The notes under the pieces are model-generated. The model was given only the letters and a program-made list of their open reading frames with translations, was not told the origin of the DNA and made no database searches. A stretch of DNA of 64,000 nucleotides from an uncultured Candidatus Rokubacteria bacterium (GTDB taxonomy: Bacteria > Methylomirabilota > Methylomirabilia > Rokubacteriales > CSP1-6). Shown here one piece after another: positions 58,984 through 64,000 of this stretch; the first letter of the stretch is position 1; each line of letters starts with the position of its first letter. The DNA lies in NCBI GenBank assembly GCA_963754315.1, contig CAVWFS010000005.1, positions 197,936-261,935 of the forward strand. The letters are read 5' to 3'. Made by a program: the position numbers and the translations under genes.

Positions 58984-60608
58984 TCAGAGGAGCTGATAGG
59001 TCTCAAGGGCGTGACCGAGCGTGGGAAAGATTCGGTCGCACCGAGAGTCTTGCCCAGCGGCGCTCGATCGATCACGTCGCGCACGCGGGGGTTCAGGGCC
59101 ACCAGCCAGACTGTCGTTCCGGCCTCCCTCAGCTTTTGCTCGGCGGCGGTCAAGGCTTTGAGGGCAGTGTATTCGAGATCGGGCACCGCGCTCATCTCGA
59201 GGGCGAGGATCCGCGGGTTGGCTTCGTGCACCAGCGCCCACATCCGATCGCCGATGCGATGCGCGTTGGCGAAGTACACGCGACCTTCAGTGCGCAGCAT
59301 CAGCAAGCCGGGGAACGTCTCGATGTCGAGCTGGGCCGGCGTGAGCGGCACGAACACGTCGGTGCCTCGCTGGCGGCCCAGGACGTAGACGGGCGGCCGG
59401 CTGGCCTCGTAGAACAGGACCAGCACCGAGAGGAGGATCGCGGCGAGGATGCCGTTCAGCGTCCCCAACAACACGACGCCAGCCATCGCGACCACGGCCC
59501 ACACGAACTCCAACTGCCGAACCTGCCAGATCTCCGCGAACTCGGCGGGCTTGAAGAGACTCACGGTCGTCGCCACCACGACGGCCGCGAGAGCCGCTTG
59601 AGGCATCAGCGAGACGAGCGACGCGAGGAATAGCAGGGTGGCGAGGACGGCCGCCGCCGTCACGAGCCCGGCAACCTGCGTGCGCGCGCCGGCGGCTCGG
59701 TTGACGGCGGTTTGAGATGCCGCCGCCCGATGGCATGTTCTGAAAGGCACTGCCCGCGAGATTGGTCAGAGCGATGGCCATGAGCTCGCGGTTCGGCGTC
59801 GGACGGGTTCGCCCGGTCGCACAAACGCGCGCCCGACCGCGATGGTCTCGACGAAACTCATGAGCGCGATGCCGAGGGCGGCCGGCCATATCTGAAGGCC
59901 GAGCGCAACGTCGGGCAGCGCGAAGGACGGAAGTCCAGACTTGATCTGACCGACCAGCTCCACGCCGAGCCGGTCGAGTCCCAGGAGACCGGAGGCGGCG
60001 ATGCCCACCACGACCGCGACGAGCGGAGCCGGCCATCTCGGAAGGAACGTCTCGAGTCCGGCGATGAGTCCCAGCAGGGCAGCGCCGAGCACAAGTGTCG
60101 CGGCCGAGGTATCGGGGAGGTGTCGCAGAATGTTCGTCACGTTCTGTAGAAAACCGGCCGTGTCGAAGTGGACACCCAGCAGTTTTGGTATCTGACCCAC
60201 CACGATGACAATGGCGATCCCGGCCTTGAAGCCCGTCAGTACCGGAGCGGAGATGAAATCGGCGAGGAATCCGAGCTGCAGGAGGGCCGCCAACATGAGG
60301 GCGCAGCCCACCATCAGCGCGAGCGCGGATGCCGTCTCCACGAGCTGGGCCGGATTTCCTGCCCGCGCCACTGGCGCCACGGCCTCGGCCACCAGGACCG
60401 CAATGGTAGACGTCGTCGTGACGCTCAGTGGTCGCGACGTGCCGATCGCAGCGTAGACGACCAGGGGAATCAGCGCGGTGTAGAGGCCCGTCTGGAGCGG
60501 TAGCCCGGCGATGGCGGCATAGGCCATCGTCTTGGGAATCACCACCGCTGCCGTCGTCAGACCAGCCACGATGTCGGCGCGCAACCTGGTCGACCGGGAC
60601 GAGTTCAT
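58984..60608 (-). CDS. SulP family anion transporter with STAS domain (frameshifts near 59715-59810)
   Basis: DIVAGLT, MAYA.IAGLP..GLY, NREL.A, SQTAVN..AGARTQ and STAS segment YFANA. Confidence 0.85.
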
Positions 60609-61310
60609 TTGGCGAGCGTATTCAGCGCGATCGAGTGGATGGAGCAGCGCATCGGCCAGGGCATCGGGATGCCGAAGTCCATCGCCGCCCGCATCGCGCT
60701 GCCGAGGGGATGGTCCCCGGGCAGGGCGTCGAGCGTGGCGCCGAGATCGCGCAGGTCCTTTTCCGAGTAGCTGATCCCGAGCAGGCGACAGTACTCCTGC
60801 ATCATGTAGATCCCGGCCCGCCCATAGGCCGCATAGACCATCAGGTGCATCGCCCCCTGCGGATTCAGGGCGTCCCGAAGGGCGCGCAGACCGAGGTCCG
60901 GGTCGGGAAGATGATGCAGCACCCCGGTGCACACGATGTGATCGAACGTGCGCCCAAGCTCCTGGACGCGCTCGATCGGGAGGTGGTGGAGATCGAGGTT
61001 CTCCAGATCGTACTTGCGCTGCAGATCGCGCGTGTGGCGAAGGCTCGTCTCGCTGATGTCGATGGCGGTGATTCGCGCATCCGGCTCGCGGAGCGCGTAC
61101 CTCGCCGCTTGCGAGGTGCCGCAGCCCGCGACGAGGATCTGCTGGCCTCCGCGCATCGGCTCGGCCGGCCACAGGAGATGAAACTGCACACGCCGACGGT
61201 CCGGGTTGCTCGTACAGGTCGCGATGCTCGTCCAGGCTGGTGAGCGGCGCCGGATACGGCACCGCCTCGTAGAAGGCATGCACCTCCTCGGAGACAGTCG
61301 AGCGCGGCAC
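60605..61310 (-). pseudogene. 3'-truncated, frameshifted paralog of the SAM methyltransferase at 47170-48411
   Basis: FYEAVPYP, LVAGCGTSQAA, CTGVLHHL and MVYAAYGR. Ends at DALLHPLDR. Confidence 0.8.
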
Positions 61311-61401
61311 GCTCGCTCACTCAGACAGTCCTTGCTGCGCACGACACCGAGGTAGGAGGACGGGGCTGCCCCGCTGGCGCAGGGCAGCCCCTCGGGCCCC
61401 A

Positions 61402-62925
61402 CTATCGGTTCTTCTGGCCGGCGGCCTCGAGCTTCTCCATGACCTGGTCGATGCTGAAGCTCGCGGGTTTCTGGCTCGGCGGGAACTCCTTGAAGCTCGA
61501 GATCCACTGGGCGACGAAGCCCTGGGCCGGTACGAGCAGGAAGACGCGCCGGATCAGCCAGTCGTTGTAGTAGATGGCGTCGTGGTCCGCGCGCTCGAAG
61601 GGGTCGCTGCGGAGGTTGAAGATCTTCGGCACGCGCAGCTCGACCATCGGCTCCGACCAGACGTAGAAGCCTTCCGCACGCTGCTCCTTGAAGACCGCCT
61701 TCCAGTTCTCGTAGCGGAGCGCCATGAGGTCGCCGTCGTCGCTCCAGTAGAGCATCTCCTTCCGGGGTGACTCCTTGGCCTCCCCCTTGAGAAGGGGGAG
61801 CAGGTTGTAGCCGTCCAGGTGGACCTTGAAGGTCTTGCCGCCTGCCTGGTACCCGGTGAGCAGCTTCTGCTTCACGTCCGGCACGCCGGCCGCCGCCAGG
61901 AGGGTGGGCAGCATGTCCTCGTGGGCGAAGATCTCGTTCGAGACGGTGCCCGGCTTGATCAGGCCCGGCCAGCGGATCATGCAGGGCACGCGCCAGCCCG
62001 CCTCCCAGTTGGTATCCTTCTCGCCGCGGAACGGGGACGTTCCGCCGTCGGGCCAGGAAAACGCCTCGTTGCCGTTGTCGGTCGAGTACATGACGATGGT
62101 GTTGTCGGCGATGCCCAGCTCGTCGAGCTTCGCCAGCATCCGGCCGACGGCCGCATCGTGCTCCACCATGCCGTCCGCGTAGATGCCCAGGCCGGTCTTG
62201 CCGACGGACTCCGGCCGCAGGTGAGTGAAGACGTGCATGCGGGTCGAGTTCCACCAGACGAAGAACGGCTTGCCGTCCTTGTGCGCTTTGTCGATGAAGC
62301 CCAGCGCCGCGTCGGTGAACTCGTCGTCGACGGTCTCCATCCGCTTGGTGGTGAGCGCGCCGGTGTTCTCGATGCGCTGCTTCCCCACGCGGCCAAACGT
62401 CGGGTCCTCGGTCGGGTCGTCCTTCTCGGCGGCCCACGAACGCATGACGCCACGCGGCCCGAAGCGCTTCTTGAATTCGGGGTTCTTGGGGTAGTCGGGG
62501 TTCTCCGGCTCTTCCTCGGCGTTCAGGTGGTACAGGTTGCCGAAGAACTCGTCGAACCCGTGGGCGGTGGGCAGGAACTCGTTCTTGTCGCCGAGGTGAT
62601 TCTTGCCGAACTGGCCGGTGACATAGCCCAGCGGCTTGAGCAGCTCGGCGATCGTCGCGTCCTTGGCTCGCAGGCCCTGGTCGGCGCCCGGCAACCCCAC
62701 CTTGGTCAGCCCCGTGCGGATCGGCGACTGTCCGGTGATGAAGGCGGCCCGCCCCGCGGTGCAGCTCTGTTGGCCGTACCAGTCGGTGAACATCGCCCCT
62801 TCTCTGGCCACGCGGTCGATGTTGGGCGTGCGGTACCCCATGACGCCGTGATTGTAGGCACTGATGTTGTACCAGCCGATGTCGTCGCCCCAGAGAATCA
62901 GAATGTTCGGTTGCTTGGTCGCCAT
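61402..62925 (-). CDS. Arylsulfatase (Cys-type, no signal peptide)
   Basis: PNILILWGDD, SCTAGR, GKNHLG and STDNG. AGGAGG RBS. Confidence 0.93.
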   Translation of the reverse strand: MATKQPNILILWGDDIGWYNISAYNHGVMGYRTPNIDRVAREGAMFTDWYGQQSCTAGRAAFITGQSPIRTGLTKVGLPGADQGLRAKDATIAELLKPLGYVTGQFGKNHLGDKNEFLPTAHGFDEFFGNLYHLNAEEEPENPDYPKNPEFKKRFGPRGVMRSWAAEKDDPTEDPTFGRVGKQRIENTGALTTKRMETVDDEFTDAALGFIDKAHKDGKPFFVWWNSTRMHVFTHLRPESVGKTGLGIYADGMVEHDAAVGRMLAKLDELGIADNTIVMYSTDNGNEAFSWPDGGTSPFRGEKDTNWEAGWRVPCMIRWPGLIKPGTVSNEIFAHEDMLPTLLAAAGVPDVKQKLLTGYQAGGKTFKVHLDGYNLLPLLKGEAKESPRKEMLYWSDDGDLMALRYENWKAVFKEQRAEGFYVWSEPMVELRVPKIFNLRSDPFERADHDAIYYNDWLIRRVFLLVPAQGFVAQWISSFKEFPPSQKPASFSIDQVMEKLEAAGQKNR

Positions 62926-63133
62926 GCGGCGTCTCCTCCTCGCAAGCCGAGCCTCGCGCTCGGCCTGCACAGTAACAGGACTACCCGGTGCCCCGACCTT
63001 CGCTTCACCCCGCCGTGTTCAGGGCGCTGTGAATCTGCCTCCCGTCAACCGCCCGCGCAATGGGACCAAAGTCGTATGGTCGGCGGCGGCCCACCTTCGC
63101 GACAACGTGCGCTCCGCGCGAGATCGCCCCCCG

Positions 63134-64000
63134 TCAGGTCCTGGCCGCGCTGGCGACGCTCGCGAGCTGGCGGCGCCGCCACGCCAGATACGCGACCTCG
63201 ACGATCAGGCTGATGAGTAGGTACAACAGGATCGCCCCCATGACCCTCTGTCTCCTGCGGGAAGTTGGCGGTGGCGATCGCGAGCGCCACGCCCGGATGC
63301 CGGGACGCGGTCGCGAGCGCGAGCACCACGCGGTCCCTCGGATCCGGGCCCCCGAGTAAGTGGCCGACGATAAGGCCGATGGCCACGAACGCCGCGAGGG
63401 CGAGCACGTGCCCGTCGCCGATGAGAGAGACGGCGGGGCGCCACGCGCGGATCAGGAGCAACACGACAACCACGCCGAGCAGTGCCATCGCGCCCAGCGA
63501 GATGGGCCGGGCGGCGCGCGCGGCGAAGGCAGGGGCCAGCCGCCGGACGACGATACCGGCGGCGATCGGCACCAGAACGGTGATGGCGACGAGGCGCGCC
63601 ACTGCGGCCTCGGGGACGTGCGCCTCCTTCCCGAAGCCCAGGGCAATCAGCTTCAAGGCGAGCGGGATGAACACGATGGCCAGCAAGGCGGCGGCCATCA
63701 GCAGTCCGACCGCATAGGATGCGCGTCCGCCGGCCCTGAGCTGCCTCTTCGGAAGGATCGGGGGAACCGGCGACACCGCCAGCGCGACGAGCGAGATGTT
63801 CAGCGCCCCGGGGAAATCGAAGACCGCCGCGAGCCCCGCTGCCACCAGCGGCATGACGACGTTCATCGACAGCAGCGACCGCACCAGCTGCCTGGGCCGA
63901 CGGAGCAGGTAGAGCGCGTCCTCCTGCGTCGACCCGAGGCCGAGGCTGAAGACGATCAGGCAGACGCTCGCCAGGACCGCCGCCATCACCAGTGTTGCGA
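63134..64000 (-). CDS. Bile acid:sodium symporter (BASS)-like transporter, 5' partial, frameshift near 63250
   Basis: About 9-10 TM segments, SPVPP and ALATASRHPGVA. Confidence 0.75.

Noticed and set aside
59766..61310. Apparent methyltransferase-SulP fusion ORF
   Set aside because: Most of the N-terminal part is an off-frame reading of the frameshifted, truncated methyltransferase. SulP has its own ATG at 60608.
60605..62437. 610-aa ORF ending in a methyltransferase domain
   Set aside because: The upstream part is an alternate frame of the sulfatase gene.
1..64000. tRNA, rRNA, integrase or prophage genes
   Set aside because: None recognised by eye. tRNAscan-SE and Infernal were not run.

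Overview
High-GC bacterial accessory region. Gene style tentatively suggests a Rokubacteria/Methylomirabilota-like organism, which is inference only. About 20 single-base frameshifts sit in otherwise well-conserved genes and probably include long-read consensus errors. In order, the window holds: a membrane glycosyltransferase plus polyprenol-P-mannose synthase pair and assorted enzymes; an RRM gene divergent from three small ORFs; a chromate-resistance operon (chrB-chrA-chrF-like, beta-propeller, atypical LMW-PTP) with an apparently leaderless promoter/operator; two intact type II TA modules; an arsenic operon (arsR, arsC, aquaporin, apparent flavin monooxygenase-ArsM fusion, ArsN-like GNAT, MFS); Anbu protease with a transglutaminase; a secreted/envelope operon; a sulfatase-rich zone (3 full arylsulfatases, 2 remnants, FGE-like protein, SulP, SAM methyltransferases); a GH63-GMC-SDR operon; and an IS1595-like element with an 8-bp target duplication and cargo. 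The best candidate for an undescribed system is a cobalamin-riboswitch-controlled lipid-modification operon (27452-32035, minus strand): sORF, split cyclopropane-synthase-like methyltransferase, geranylgeranyl-reductase-like flavoprotein, fatty acid desaturase and a tandem YjbQ-like protein. It may be a B12-independent route to methyl-branched lipids. No rRNA, tRNA or CRISPR array was recognised.
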